Below, piece by piece: positions 10,201 to 19,328 of a stretch of DNA of 64,000 nt (its first letter is position 1; each line of letters opens with the position of its first letter). The notes beneath the pieces were generated by a model. It was not told where the DNA came from. It did no database searches and saw only the letters and a program-made list of their open reading frames with translations. Made by a program: the position numbers and the translations under genes. This DNA is from Bacteroidota bacterium (GTDB lineage Bacteria; Bacteroidota; Bacteroidia; Flavobacteriales_D; Crocinitomicaceae): the NCBI GenBank assembly GCA_041168605.1, contig JBEEKN010000004.1, positions 4,130-68,129 of the forward strand, read 5' to 3'.

Positions 10201-11270
10201 TAACCGGCGCACAAACCACAACTGGTTGGGCCAACAACAACCTCAACCACACCACTTGGTTCAAGTTCACTGCGCCAGCATCAGGCAATGTGCGCGTAGA
10301 CGCAACGGGTGTTGAATACAACGGTCAAATTGGTGTGTACTACGGTGCAGACTGTAGCATCTTGCCAAGCTTCACATTAGAAGGCGCCAATGACAACGAA
10401 ATCGACGGCACTTCTGAAGCACCAAACTTTACAGTATGTGGCCTTACGCCAGGTGCAGAGTACTACATCATGCACGACGGTTCAGGAACTGCAGGCAATT
10501 ACACCATTGCGATCAGCGAAGTAAGCGTTTACGCAGGCGTAGAGGGTGAAGTACTCGAGATCTGCTACGGCGAGAGCACCAACTTGTTCTTAGGTATTGC
10601 CAACTACACGCTAGGCGGCGAATGGATTGCTACCTCACCAGCGGTTGTACTCCAAAGCAATACCTTCAACTCTACAGACTACGCTTCACAAACTTACACA
10701 TTCAACTATGTTGTCAGCGATGGTTGTGCGGTAGACCAAGCCACTTCTACTGTTGTTGTTTACGCAGCGCCAAGCGCAGGCCAAGATGGCAGCATTACCG
10801 TATGTTTGAATGAGCCATTTGTATTATGGAATGGCCTATCTGGCAACATCGATGCCAACGGAACTTGGTACAACGCAAGCAACAACGCACTTACAGCAGC
10901 TCAAGATACCTCAGGTAACTTGGCAGGACAGTTCAACTACGACTATATCGTCACGAGCCCAGTTTGCCCAAGCGACACTTCAAATGTATTGGTTGTTGTA
11001 GATGGTTCTTGTGACTTTACAGCATCTATCGAAGAAAACCAAATGGGTCTTTCGGTGTATCCTAACCCAACTTCAGGCATCTTGCAAATTTCTAAATCAC
11101 AAATTGGTTCAGCAAGTGTAGAGGTTCTCGATTTAAATGGCAAAGTGCTTAAAAATAGCGCTATGCAACAGCATTTAACACTCGACCTTAGTGCTTACCC
11201 GCGCGGTATGTATATGGTCAAAGTTCAAATGAATGGCGTGAGCATCATCGAAAGAATCGCAGTTCAATAA
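7281..11270 (+). CDS. T9SS cargo protein, tandem paralog 1 (head domain, YQWQS Cys module, GEVED, Fn3-like x3, NIDO-like module, PPC-like domain, Ig-like x2, type A CTD)
   Basis: 1329-aa ORF with signal peptide MRKLYVLSLIFLFFSQIGWSQ. GEVED ends WGETEDYMINI. Fn3-like segment: PPTCPQPT...ETQWQIEYGPQGFTPGTGT. C-terminus YPNPTSGILQISK...GMYMVKVQMNGVSIIERIAVQ matches the T9SS type A sorting domain. It is colinear with the three following genes. Confidence 0.9.
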   Translation: MRKLYVLSLIFLFFSQIGWSQFIQIGTGTASSYLSGPIYRSAATSTFNWSKYAYIYTATELAAIPAGSMITQIEWEKATGTITAPNTFEILLANNSATVLTTGTTWGTISAGATSVYNNTNQAFTGTAPGWESYILTTPFIYTGGTLQVMTDHVKAGTASGAVNYYRTAATGMAIGWAAGAAGSAASSLTTTYGNNRPNIKIHYVPGNACTGAVTAGTAVSSVPTVCPSVPYSVSLSGSTLASGITYQWQSATSASGPFSNITGATNSSYQATQTVDTWYQCVVTCTASGSTQTSSVVGVTTNNFYNCYCTSGATSATYGDIQRVELNTIDNSSTACNGMYSDFTSISTLLSPGVTYPMELDLFNCTGGTYNYGTRVWIDTDHNGQFDTYELLYDASNSLPALTTINVPFNITIPPTALSGMTRMRVVIIESNATPPACGTYTWGETEDYMINISAPPTCPQPTLLNVVSTTLNQAIIDWTPGGAETQWQIEYGPQGFTPGTGTLVYTSAHPFTIGSLTPYSFYQARVRAVCTPGDSSFWSPAISWNTYDQGQYITWDNECPATGFIDISANPTATYTNIAYLGEIGLTLPFPILYQGTLVTVATIGNTGGVKFGTTNAQLNYVMEPGNGLYPYIQQLAQSYAVGGGIYYEQIGTSPNSQLVIQWKDIPHWNSPIFPNGATFELIIDEATQEIYYVYDDVIMGNPTAWDFGADAEIGVRGAQNINVSMNNQTYLQNNSCVHFYYVDCPNPVALTTSYLFPNEAAFTWTASAAGETSWTVVYGPAGFDPLTSGTTLTVTAASVQLLNLIPLANYDMYIYSACAGGLQSAGLFYNFQTPPICSNPTAFTSTAGLDSLMSSWSWSPYTSFYPSTGFNLQVVAQDSALYTGTVYALDNNNNDTTTNAAWYPGQAVQVYVQAVCGQDTSAYVGPISIIMPISNDNACGAHPITVGAPGLLYNNTGATVSAEELGIVPPVTGAQTTTGWANNNLNHTTWFKFTAPASGNVRVDATGVEYNGQIGVYYGADCSILPSFTLEGANDNEIDGTSEAPNFTVCGLTPGAEYYIMHDGSGTAGNYTIAISEVSVYAGVEGEVLEICYGESTNLFLGIANYTLGGEWIATSPAVVLQSNTFNSTDYASQTYTFNYVVSDGCAVDQATSTVVVYAAPSAGQDGSITVCLNEPFVLWNGLSGNIDANGTWYNASNNALTAAQDTSGNLAGQFNYDYIVTSPVCPSDTSNVLVVVDGSCDFTASIEENQMGLSVYPNPTSGILQISKSQIGSASVEVLDLNGKVLKNSAMQQHLTLDLSAYPRGMYMVKVQMNGVSIIERIAVQ
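9313..10821 (+). repeat. Copy 1 of a 1509-bp perfect direct repeat (offset 3999 nt) inside paralog 1
   Basis: A line-by-line comparison with 13312..14820 found no mismatch. The encoded 503 aa and the frame-shifted shadow ORFs (10112..10321 = 14111..14320; 10622..10813 = 14621..14812) are identical. Mismatches begin at 9312/13311 and 10822/14821. Confidence 0.9.
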
Positions 11271-11288
11271 TTTCAAATACATTAAGAA

Positions 11289-14200
11289 ATGAAAGCAAAT
11301 ATGAAAAGTCTATTTAGTGTTTTTGCCTTATTGCTCAGCTCTTTTTTGGGTGCGCAAATAACGCTCAACACCACTCATACCAACAACAATGGTGCGAGCT
11401 CAATTATCTTTAATGTGCAAAACACCAATGCTAATGATATCATCATAACGGGTGTGAATTGCCACTTAGGAACAAGTACGGCCAACAACCTACAGTTATT
11501 GTATAGAACAACGCCATTAATTGACAATACTACACCTTGGGACCACGGTATTGTGGGTGCGGGGCAGAATGGCTGGATCTCAGTTGCTACCGGTACGGCG
11601 AACTCCAATACGACCAATGGTATTGTACCTGCACTGACGAACTTGAATTTAATTGTACCAGCAGGGGCAACCTATCAGTTGGCCTTTTCGGGCACCACAA
11701 TTCAGTACATGACACTTACTAATGGTGCTGGCTTGAATACTTTCTCTGCGGGTGGTGTAAATATCATTACTGGTGACGGCATCAGTTGGGCTGGTGGCGC
11801 TTACCCAGCCACGCCTGTCAATTATCCGCGTGGTTTGGTTGGTGGCATCACCTTTATTTCCGGAACAGCTTGTACAGGAACGCCAAATGCAGGTGTAACC
11901 GCAACAGCAACAAACCCCGTTTGCCCCTCTGTGCCTTTTAGCCTTACAATGGCCAGCGCAACATTTACTTCGGGTCTGACATACCAATGGCAGTCTGCAC
12001 CTTCGGCAACTGGCCCATGGACAAATATTGCTGGTGCGAATACCCCAGGTTATGCAGCTTCACAACTCGTAGATACCTGGTACCAATGTATTGTAACTTG
12101 CTCAGCAACCTCAAGTTCTTCAACTTCTACGCCTCTTTTGGTTACCACAAATAGTTTTGTGAATTGTTATTGTGCCTCCAATGCAACGAGCGCAGCCGAT
12201 GAAGAAATCTTAAATGTTACCTTGAGTACACTCAACAATTCCTCGATTTGTGGCGTTGCGGCACCTGGAGCGGGTTCGGTGGTAAGTCAATATTCGAATT
12301 TCACAACTTCGGTTGCCGCACCTATTTTAGCGCCGGGTGTTTTTTATCCTTTTTCTGTAGAGATCGGCACTTGTAATGGCAACTACAATAACTGGACAAA
12401 AGCTTGGATTGACTTCAATCAAAATGGTTTGTTTACAGACGCTGGAGAAGAGATTTATTCGTCCACCATCGCCACAAACGGACCACATATTGAATCCGGA
12501 ATTATTTCTGTTCCTACAACAGCTGCACAAGGCATCACTCGCATGCGTGTGGTGAATGTCGAAACAACTGTTACTACCGGTGTTAACCCATGCGGAACCT
12601 ATACTTGGGGTGAAACTGAAGATTATTTTGTTCAAATTGCTTCACCACCAACATGCCCGCAGCCAACTGCTCCAACCTTAGTGAGCACCAGCTTAAATGA
12701 TGCTACTATTGACTGGGTTCCAGGCGGATCTGAAACACAATGGCAAATTCAGTATGGCCCGCAAGGTTTTGCGCTTGGCACCGGAACAACTATTAACGTA
12801 ACAACACATCCTTACACCATCAGCGCATTAACACCATATAGCTTCTACCAAGCTTATGTGCGTGCTATTTGTACACCAGGTGACTCTTCTTACTGGACAC
12901 CATCTGTTTCTTGGAATACTTATGATCAAGGTCAGTACATCGCCTATGACAACGAATGCCCAGCAACAGGCTTCATTGATATCTCAACGAACCCTGCAGC
13001 AACCAATACGAACATTGCTTATTTGGGTGAAACCGGTATTACGCTTCCTTTCCCGCTTTTGTATCAAGGCACTTTGTTTACCAATGCAACAATCGGCGCT
13101 ACTGGTGGTGTTAAATTAGGTACCACTACGGCAGCACTCAATTACGTCATGGACGCAGGCAATGGTTTGTATCCATTTATTCAGCAGCTTTACACATCAT
13201 ATCCAGTCGGAAGCGGCGGTGTATATTACCAACAAGTGGGTACTTCACCAAACAGTAAGTTTGTGATCCAATGGAAGAATCTGCCACACTGGAATTCACC
13301 AATTATTCCCGACGGCGCAACTTTTGAATTGATCATCGACGAAGCGACCCAAGAGATTTACTACGTATACGATGACGTCATCATGGGCAACCCAACAGCT
13401 TGGGACTTCGGTGCCGATGCCGAGATTGGCGTTCGCGGTGCACAGAACATCAACGTTTCAATGAACAACCAAACGTATTTGCAAAACAACAGCTGTGTGC
13501 ATTTCTACTACGTAGACTGCCCGAACCCTGTTGCTTTAACTACTTCTTATTTGTTCCCTAATGAGGCAGCCTTTACCTGGACAGCCAGTGCAGCAGGTGA
13601 AACATCTTGGACTGTAGTTTACGGCCCTGCAGGTTTTGACCCACTTACTAGCGGCACAACGCTAACTGTAACTGCAGCTTCTGTTCAACTTTTGAACCTC
13701 ATTCCACTTGCCAACTACGACATGTACATCTACTCTGCTTGTGCGGGTGGTTTGCAAAGTGCTGGTTTGTTCTACAACTTCCAAACCCCACCAATTTGTT
13801 CTAACCCAACGGCCTTTACAAGCACTGCAGGTTTAGACAGCCTCATGAGCAGCTGGAGCTGGAGCCCATACACGAGCTTCTATCCTTCTACAGGCTTCAA
13901 CTTACAAGTAGTAGCACAAGATTCTGCTTTGTACACAGGCACTGTTTATGCTTTAGACAACAACAACAACGATACCACCACTAACGCGGCATGGTATCCA
14001 GGCCAAGCGGTTCAGGTATATGTTCAGGCAGTATGTGGCCAGGATACATCAGCCTATGTAGGTCCAATTAGCATTATCATGCCAATCAGCAATGACAACG
14101 CATGTGGCGCTCACCCGATTACTGTTGGCGCCCCAGGTTTGTTGTACAACAACACCGGCGCTACAGTTTCAGCTGAAGAACTCGGTATTGTTCCGCCAGT

Positions 14201-15278
14201 AACCGGCGCACAAACCACAACTGGTTGGGCCAACAACAACCTCAACCACACCACTTGGTTCAAGTTCACTGCGCCAGCATCAGGCAATGTGCGCGTAGAC
14301 GCAACGGGTGTTGAATACAACGGTCAAATTGGTGTGTACTACGGTGCAGACTGTAGCATCTTGCCAAGCTTCACATTAGAAGGCGCCAATGACAACGAAA
14401 TCGACGGCACTTCTGAAGCACCAAACTTTACAGTATGTGGCCTTACGCCAGGTGCAGAGTACTACATCATGCACGACGGTTCAGGAACTGCAGGCAATTA
14501 CACCATTGCGATCAGCGAAGTAAGCGTTTACGCAGGCGTAGAGGGTGAAGTACTCGAGATCTGCTACGGCGAGAGCACCAACTTGTTCTTAGGTATTGCC
14601 AACTACACGCTAGGCGGCGAATGGATTGCTACCTCACCAGCGGTTGTACTCCAAAGCAATACCTTCAACTCTACAGACTACGCTTCACAAACTTACACAT
14701 TCAACTATGTTGTCAGCGATGGTTGTGCGGTAGACCAAGCCACTTCTACTGTTGTTGTTTACGCAGCGCCAAGCGCAGGCCAAGATGGCAGCATTACCGT
14801 ATGTTTGAATGAGCCATTTGATTTGCTCACCGGAATAGGTGGCAACGTAGATTTAGGCGGTACTTGGTATAACCCGAGCAACCAAACATTGCCAGGAAGC
14901 TTAGATACTTCTGGTTCTTTGGCGGGTCAGTACAATTACGATTACATTGTCACGAGCACAATTTGCCCGAACGATTCTGCAAACGTTATAGTGATTGTAG
15001 ATGGTTCTTGCGACTACACTGCTTCAATTAATGAACTTGCAGCTCAGTGGGAAATCTATCCAAATCCTGCCTCAGCGGCTTTAACAATTACCAATCATAA
15101 GGGTCTTGCAATTTCTAATCTAGAGATTTTAGACATCAATGGCAAGGTAATTTTAAGCGGAAAACCAACGCAGCAACTTCAAAATGAAATCGATCTTACA
15201 GCGCTTCAAACGGGTATGTATATCGTCAGAATTAAATGCGAAGATCAAATGCTCAGTAAGCGTTTTATTAAACAATAA
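11289..15278 (+). CDS. T9SS cargo protein, tandem paralog 2 (different head domain, same downstream architecture as paralog 1)
   Basis: 1329-aa ORF only 18 nt after paralog 1. Signal peptide MKSLFSVFALLLSSFLGAQ (an alternative ATG lies at 11301). GEVED ends WGETEDYFVQI. Type A CTD: YPNPASAALTITN...GMYIVRIKCEDQMLSKRFIKQ. Confidence 0.9.
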   Translation: MKANMKSLFSVFALLLSSFLGAQITLNTTHTNNNGASSIIFNVQNTNANDIIITGVNCHLGTSTANNLQLLYRTTPLIDNTTPWDHGIVGAGQNGWISVATGTANSNTTNGIVPALTNLNLIVPAGATYQLAFSGTTIQYMTLTNGAGLNTFSAGGVNIITGDGISWAGGAYPATPVNYPRGLVGGITFISGTACTGTPNAGVTATATNPVCPSVPFSLTMASATFTSGLTYQWQSAPSATGPWTNIAGANTPGYAASQLVDTWYQCIVTCSATSSSSTSTPLLVTTNSFVNCYCASNATSAADEEILNVTLSTLNNSSICGVAAPGAGSVVSQYSNFTTSVAAPILAPGVFYPFSVEIGTCNGNYNNWTKAWIDFNQNGLFTDAGEEIYSSTIATNGPHIESGIISVPTTAAQGITRMRVVNVETTVTTGVNPCGTYTWGETEDYFVQIASPPTCPQPTAPTLVSTSLNDATIDWVPGGSETQWQIQYGPQGFALGTGTTINVTTHPYTISALTPYSFYQAYVRAICTPGDSSYWTPSVSWNTYDQGQYIAYDNECPATGFIDISTNPAATNTNIAYLGETGITLPFPLLYQGTLFTNATIGATGGVKLGTTTAALNYVMDAGNGLYPFIQQLYTSYPVGSGGVYYQQVGTSPNSKFVIQWKNLPHWNSPIIPDGATFELIIDEATQEIYYVYDDVIMGNPTAWDFGADAEIGVRGAQNINVSMNNQTYLQNNSCVHFYYVDCPNPVALTTSYLFPNEAAFTWTASAAGETSWTVVYGPAGFDPLTSGTTLTVTAASVQLLNLIPLANYDMYIYSACAGGLQSAGLFYNFQTPPICSNPTAFTSTAGLDSLMSSWSWSPYTSFYPSTGFNLQVVAQDSALYTGTVYALDNNNNDTTTNAAWYPGQAVQVYVQAVCGQDTSAYVGPISIIMPISNDNACGAHPITVGAPGLLYNNTGATVSAEELGIVPPVTGAQTTTGWANNNLNHTTWFKFTAPASGNVRVDATGVEYNGQIGVYYGADCSILPSFTLEGANDNEIDGTSEAPNFTVCGLTPGAEYYIMHDGSGTAGNYTIAISEVSVYAGVEGEVLEICYGESTNLFLGIANYTLGGEWIATSPAVVLQSNTFNSTDYASQTYTFNYVVSDGCAVDQATSTVVVYAAPSAGQDGSITVCLNEPFDLLTGIGGNVDLGGTWYNPSNQTLPGSLDTSGSLAGQYNYDYIVTSTICPNDSANVIVIVDGSCDYTASINELAAQWEIYPNPASAALTITNHKGLAISNLEILDINGKVILSGKPTQQLQNEIDLTALQTGMYIVRIKCEDQMLSKRFIKQ
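13312..14820 (+). repeat. Copy 2 of the 1509-bp perfect direct repeat inside paralog 2
   Basis: Identical to 9313..10821. Flanking sequence on both sides drops to roughly 65-70% nucleotide identity by eye. Confidence 0.9.
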
Positions 15279-15305
15279 ATCATTTGTAAATATTACATTG
15301 TTCAT

Positions 15306-15332
15306 AAAGGGAGGCACTGCCTCCCTTTTTTT
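15306..15332 (+). terminator. Rho-independent terminator after paralog 2
   Basis: aaagggaggc-act-gcctccctttttttt: a hairpin plus T-tract 28 nt after the stop codon. Confidence 0.75.
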
Positions 15333-15348
15333 GTTCAATAAAAAATCT

Positions 15349-15356
15349 TATATTTG
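15349..15356 (+). promoter_or_regulatory. -7 promoter box TAnnTTTG (tatatttg) for the second bicistronic paralog unit
   Basis: Exact match 28 nt upstream of the ATG at 15385, just after a terminator. Confidence 0.5.
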
Positions 15357-15384
15357 AGATATTTAAAACTATAATTTCTTAATT

Positions 15385-18300
15385 ATGATGAGAAAACTTT
15401 ACCTCAAACTGTTCTTTCTCGTATTTTCAGCTCTTGGCACTAGCGCTTTTGCGCAGTACTGCACGCCAACATTTGTTAGCGGCTGTTCTTTCGGTGACCA
15501 AATCCTGAATTTCAATACTACGGGAGGCGCTAGCAACATTACCAACAACGGCTCTGGCTGTAGTGCTGGTTATTACCAGTATTTCACAGGCCAGACGGTA
15601 TCGCAATTGCAAGGCCAAGATGTCACACTCAATATGCAAGCGGGCCCAACTTGGGGTCAGGGCTTCAAAGTCTGGATTGACTGGAACAACAACCAATCTT
15701 TTGCCGATGCAGGAGAATTGGTCTATACCTCTCCAGGATCTGGTGTTGCTGTAAACAGTGCGGTAGTTACCGTTCCTTTTTCTGCAACTACAGGTACAGT
15801 GCGCATGCGCGTAGTTTGTAGCTATGCAGGAATCCCTCTTGCGATGGATGGCTGCCCAACGAATCAATCTTACGGCGAATGCGAAGACTACGACTTTGTA
15901 GTATTGGCTTCTGCTGCATGTTCTGGAACCCCAACTGCAGGTACGGCTGTAACTTCATCAGCAACCATTTGCCCGAGTGTCGACTACACGCTTTCTTTGT
16001 CTGGTGCTACACTTGCAGCTGGTCTTTCTTACCAATGGCAGTCTGCGCCAAGCGCAACAGGCCCATGGACAAACATTACTGCGGGTACAACTCCGAACTT
16101 CATCACCTCTCAAACGGTTGACACCTGGTACCAATGCATCGTAACTTGTTCTGGTCAGAGCGCAACATCTTCTGTTGTTGGTGTAACGACAAATTCATTT
16201 TTGGCTTGTTACTGTACAAGTACAGCAACTTCAACGTTTGACGAAGAAATCCTCAACGTTACGCTAAACACCCTCAACAACACTTCAACTTGTGGCGTAG
16301 CTGCGCCAGGCCCTGGGTCTACTGCAAGCCTGTATTCAAACTACACTACTTTAACACCAACCATTCTTTCTCCAGGAGTAGTTTATCCTTTGTCTGTTGA
16401 AATTGGAACTTGTAACGGCAGTTATACCAACTGTACTAAAGTTTGGATTGACTTCAATCAAAACGGTTTGTTTACAGATGCAGGAGAAAATGTATATACT
16501 TCAGCTGCAACTTCTGTAGGTCCTCATTTTGAATTAGGAAACATTACAATTCCATCTGGTGCTATTTCTGGCAACACGCTCATGCGGGTTGTAAACGTAG
16601 AAACTTGGGATCCAGCAAACATCAACCCTTGTGGTACTTATACTTGGGGCGAGACCGAAGACTACCTAGTCAATATCTCTGCGCCGCCAACATGTCCACA
16701 GCCTACGAACTTCTCTTTGATCCAAGCAAACAACATAATTGCACAAGTAGAGTGGATTGCAGGTGGTACAGAAACACAATGGCAAATTGAATACGGCCCA
16801 CAAGGCTTTACGCCAGGATCAGGAACATCAGTCATTGTGACGACCAACCCTTACACCATTACTGGTCTTACAGCAAATTCATTCTATCAAGCATATATCC
16901 AAGGTATTTGTACACCTGGTGACACCTCTTATTTTACGCCGCCAGTTGCTTGGAATACTTACAACCAAGGTCAGTTTGTCGACTGGGACAACGCTTGTCC
17001 AACAAACGGTTTTGAAGACATTGCCGGTTTTGCAACCAATGCCAATTTAACTGATGATTCAGAGGCAGGCGTTACACTTCCATTTACATTCTTATATCAA
17101 GGTATACTCATGAATACCATGACAATCGGTAACAACGGCGGCGTAATTCTTGGTTCAACAACAGCTCAAGTAAACTATAACATGCCTGCCTCTGGAAATG
17201 GTTTATTTCCTTTCATTCAAGATTTAGGTACAGCAACTTCACCAAATGGCGTTTATTATGGTCAAGTAGGAAATTCACCAAATGCCAAATTCATTGTTCA
17301 ATGGAACAACGTACCTCACTATGGTTTCCCGACGCCAACAAATGGAGCGAGCTTCCAATTGGTAATTGAAGAGGCTACAAATGAAATCTATTATGTTTAC
17401 GACGATGTAGAAATGGGCAACACAGCTTGGGACAACGGTGCCGACGCAGAAATTGGTTTGCGTGGCCCGAATAACGTGAATGTCTCTTTGAACAACACTG
17501 CTTATTTACAAGATAACAGTTGTGTTCACTTCTACTACACCAACTGTCCGAAGCCAACAACCTTTGCAACTAGCTATGTTGCGCCAGACGAAGCCATGAT
17601 TACCTGGACAGCAGGCGCTGCGGCAGAAACCAACTGGACCATCATCTACGGCCCAACAGGTTTCAACCCAGCAACAGGCGGTACAACGACTACATCTACT
17701 GCTAACAGTGCTATTTTAACTGGACTTGCGCAACTTACAACTTACGATGTATACATCTATGCAGATTGCGCAGTTGGTCTTCAAAGTTTAGGTTTAGAAG
17801 GTAGCTTTACGACGCCTCCTTTCTGTTCAAACCCAACGAACTTATTTGCAAGCACTGAAGTAGATAGCCTTATTTCTTCTTGGTCTTGGACTGGTTACTC
17901 TGCGCTTTATCCATCAACAAGCTTCAACCTTCAACTTGTACAACCTGGTGGAGCTTTGTACAGTGGCGCTATTTACAACCTAGATAACAACACAACAGAC
18001 ACCACTTATGATGCAGAATTCATGGCAGGTCAGACTTTCGATGTCTATGTTCAGGCAGTTTGTGGCCAGGACACCTCTTTCTACGTAGGTCCGTTCAATG
18101 TGGTTTTCCCACTTACAAACGATACCCTTTGTGGAGCACAAATGATTCCTGTAAATGGTCAGATGTATATGTTTAATAACACAGGAGCAACATTTGATGT
18201 AGCAGAACTAGCGATGGTTCCACCTGCAACTGGTGCGCAGACCACAACAGGTTGGGCTAACCAAAACTTAGAAATGACCACATGGTTTAAGTTTATTGCA

Positions 18301-19305
18301 CCACCTTCAGGGGCAGTTCGCATCAATTGTACTGGCGTTGCCTACAATGGTCAGATGGCGGTATATGGTTCGCCAAACTGTAGCAACATTGCCGGTTTCC
18401 AAATGATGGCGGCCAACGACGACGACTTAGGTGGAATGAACCAAGCACCAAACTTCACAGTTTGTGGCATGACACCAGGTACTGAATACTACATGATGCA
18501 CGACGCCTTTAACTTTACTGCGGGCAACCATGCCATTCAACTATACGAAATCGTCTTGAATGCCGGCGTAGAAGGGGAGCAACTCGAAGTATGTTACGGC
18601 GACACCGTTAACTTATTCTTAGGTATTGCAAACTACCAATTGGAAGGTACTTGGTCAGAAACCACACCAACACTTGGTTTGAATGACAACTTATTCAACA
18701 CCAATGGTTTGGCTTCAACGCTTTACGAATTCACATATACCGTTCAAGATGGTTGTGCCTCTGATGCAGCCAATGCTTATGTACAAATCTATTCTGCACC
18801 TAACCCGGGTGTAGGTGGAACCATCAACGTATGTTTGAACGAACCATTCAACTTGGTTTCTGGTATCAGCGGCTTAGTTGATCTAGACGGTGTTTGGTAC
18901 AATAACGCTTCTATGGAAACGCTACCAAGCTCAGTAGATACCTCAGGGGCTACAGGCGGAAACGTCACGTATACATATACTGCTAGCAATGGTGTTTGCC
19001 CGGATGAGTCAACTACCGTTACAGTTGTTGTCAACAATGGTTGTGACTTCACAGCTGGCATAGACGAGCTCGCGGCTGGTTTTGAATTATATCCAAACCC
19101 TACAAGATCTTCCGTTGCGATTTCTTGGAGAGCAAATGGAGAAACAACCCTTACACTCACAGATTTGAATGGCAAGGTCTTGTTGAACGCAGTGAGTCAG
19201 GCATCGCAATATGCCATGGATTTATCCAATTTTGCACCAGGTGTTTACATCGTTACGGTTCAAAATGGCGATCAATTACTTACTGAGCGCATCATCAAAC
19301 AATAA
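15385..19305 (+). CDS. T9SS cargo protein, tandem paralog 3 (N-terminal GEVED head, second GEVED, Fn3-like, NIDO-like, PPC-like, type A CTD)
   Basis: 1306-aa ORF with signal peptide MMRKLYLKLFFLVFSALGTSAFAQ. There are two GEVED domains (YGECEDYDFVV and WGETEDYLVNI). CTD: YPNPTRSSVAISW...GVYIVTVQNGDQLLTERIIKQ. It is about 60-70% identical to paralogs 1 and 2 over the shared modules. Confidence 0.9.
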   Translation: MMRKLYLKLFFLVFSALGTSAFAQYCTPTFVSGCSFGDQILNFNTTGGASNITNNGSGCSAGYYQYFTGQTVSQLQGQDVTLNMQAGPTWGQGFKVWIDWNNNQSFADAGELVYTSPGSGVAVNSAVVTVPFSATTGTVRMRVVCSYAGIPLAMDGCPTNQSYGECEDYDFVVLASAACSGTPTAGTAVTSSATICPSVDYTLSLSGATLAAGLSYQWQSAPSATGPWTNITAGTTPNFITSQTVDTWYQCIVTCSGQSATSSVVGVTTNSFLACYCTSTATSTFDEEILNVTLNTLNNTSTCGVAAPGPGSTASLYSNYTTLTPTILSPGVVYPLSVEIGTCNGSYTNCTKVWIDFNQNGLFTDAGENVYTSAATSVGPHFELGNITIPSGAISGNTLMRVVNVETWDPANINPCGTYTWGETEDYLVNISAPPTCPQPTNFSLIQANNIIAQVEWIAGGTETQWQIEYGPQGFTPGSGTSVIVTTNPYTITGLTANSFYQAYIQGICTPGDTSYFTPPVAWNTYNQGQFVDWDNACPTNGFEDIAGFATNANLTDDSEAGVTLPFTFLYQGILMNTMTIGNNGGVILGSTTAQVNYNMPASGNGLFPFIQDLGTATSPNGVYYGQVGNSPNAKFIVQWNNVPHYGFPTPTNGASFQLVIEEATNEIYYVYDDVEMGNTAWDNGADAEIGLRGPNNVNVSLNNTAYLQDNSCVHFYYTNCPKPTTFATSYVAPDEAMITWTAGAAAETNWTIIYGPTGFNPATGGTTTTSTANSAILTGLAQLTTYDVYIYADCAVGLQSLGLEGSFTTPPFCSNPTNLFASTEVDSLISSWSWTGYSALYPSTSFNLQLVQPGGALYSGAIYNLDNNTTDTTYDAEFMAGQTFDVYVQAVCGQDTSFYVGPFNVVFPLTNDTLCGAQMIPVNGQMYMFNNTGATFDVAELAMVPPATGAQTTTGWANQNLEMTTWFKFIAPPSGAVRINCTGVAYNGQMAVYGSPNCSNIAGFQMMAANDDDLGGMNQAPNFTVCGMTPGTEYYMMHDAFNFTAGNHAIQLYEIVLNAGVEGEQLEVCYGDTVNLFLGIANYQLEGTWSETTPTLGLNDNLFNTNGLASTLYEFTYTVQDGCASDAANAYVQIYSAPNPGVGGTINVCLNEPFNLVSGISGLVDLDGVWYNNASMETLPSSVDTSGATGGNVTYTYTASNGVCPDESTTVTVVVNNGCDFTAGIDELAAGFELYPNPTRSSVAISWRANGETTLTLTDLNGKVLLNAVSQASQYAMDLSNFAPGVYIVTVQNGDQLLTERIIKQ

Positions 19306-19328
19306 TATACTGCTTAAAAGCACAACAT

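Noticed and set aside
9313-14820. Diversity-generating retroelement (template/variable repeat pair) as an explanation for the repeated tract.
   Set aside because: The two copies have zero mismatches, so there are no adenine-specific substitutions. No reverse transcriptase or accessory gene is present in the window, and the tract is far longer than typical DGR repeats.
7281-15278. The duplication with 3999-nt periodicity, considered as a mobile element or IS-mediated composite.
   Set aside because: There is no transposase, integrase, terminal inverted repeat or target-site duplication. The identical tract lies inside two coding sequences and preserves the reading frame.
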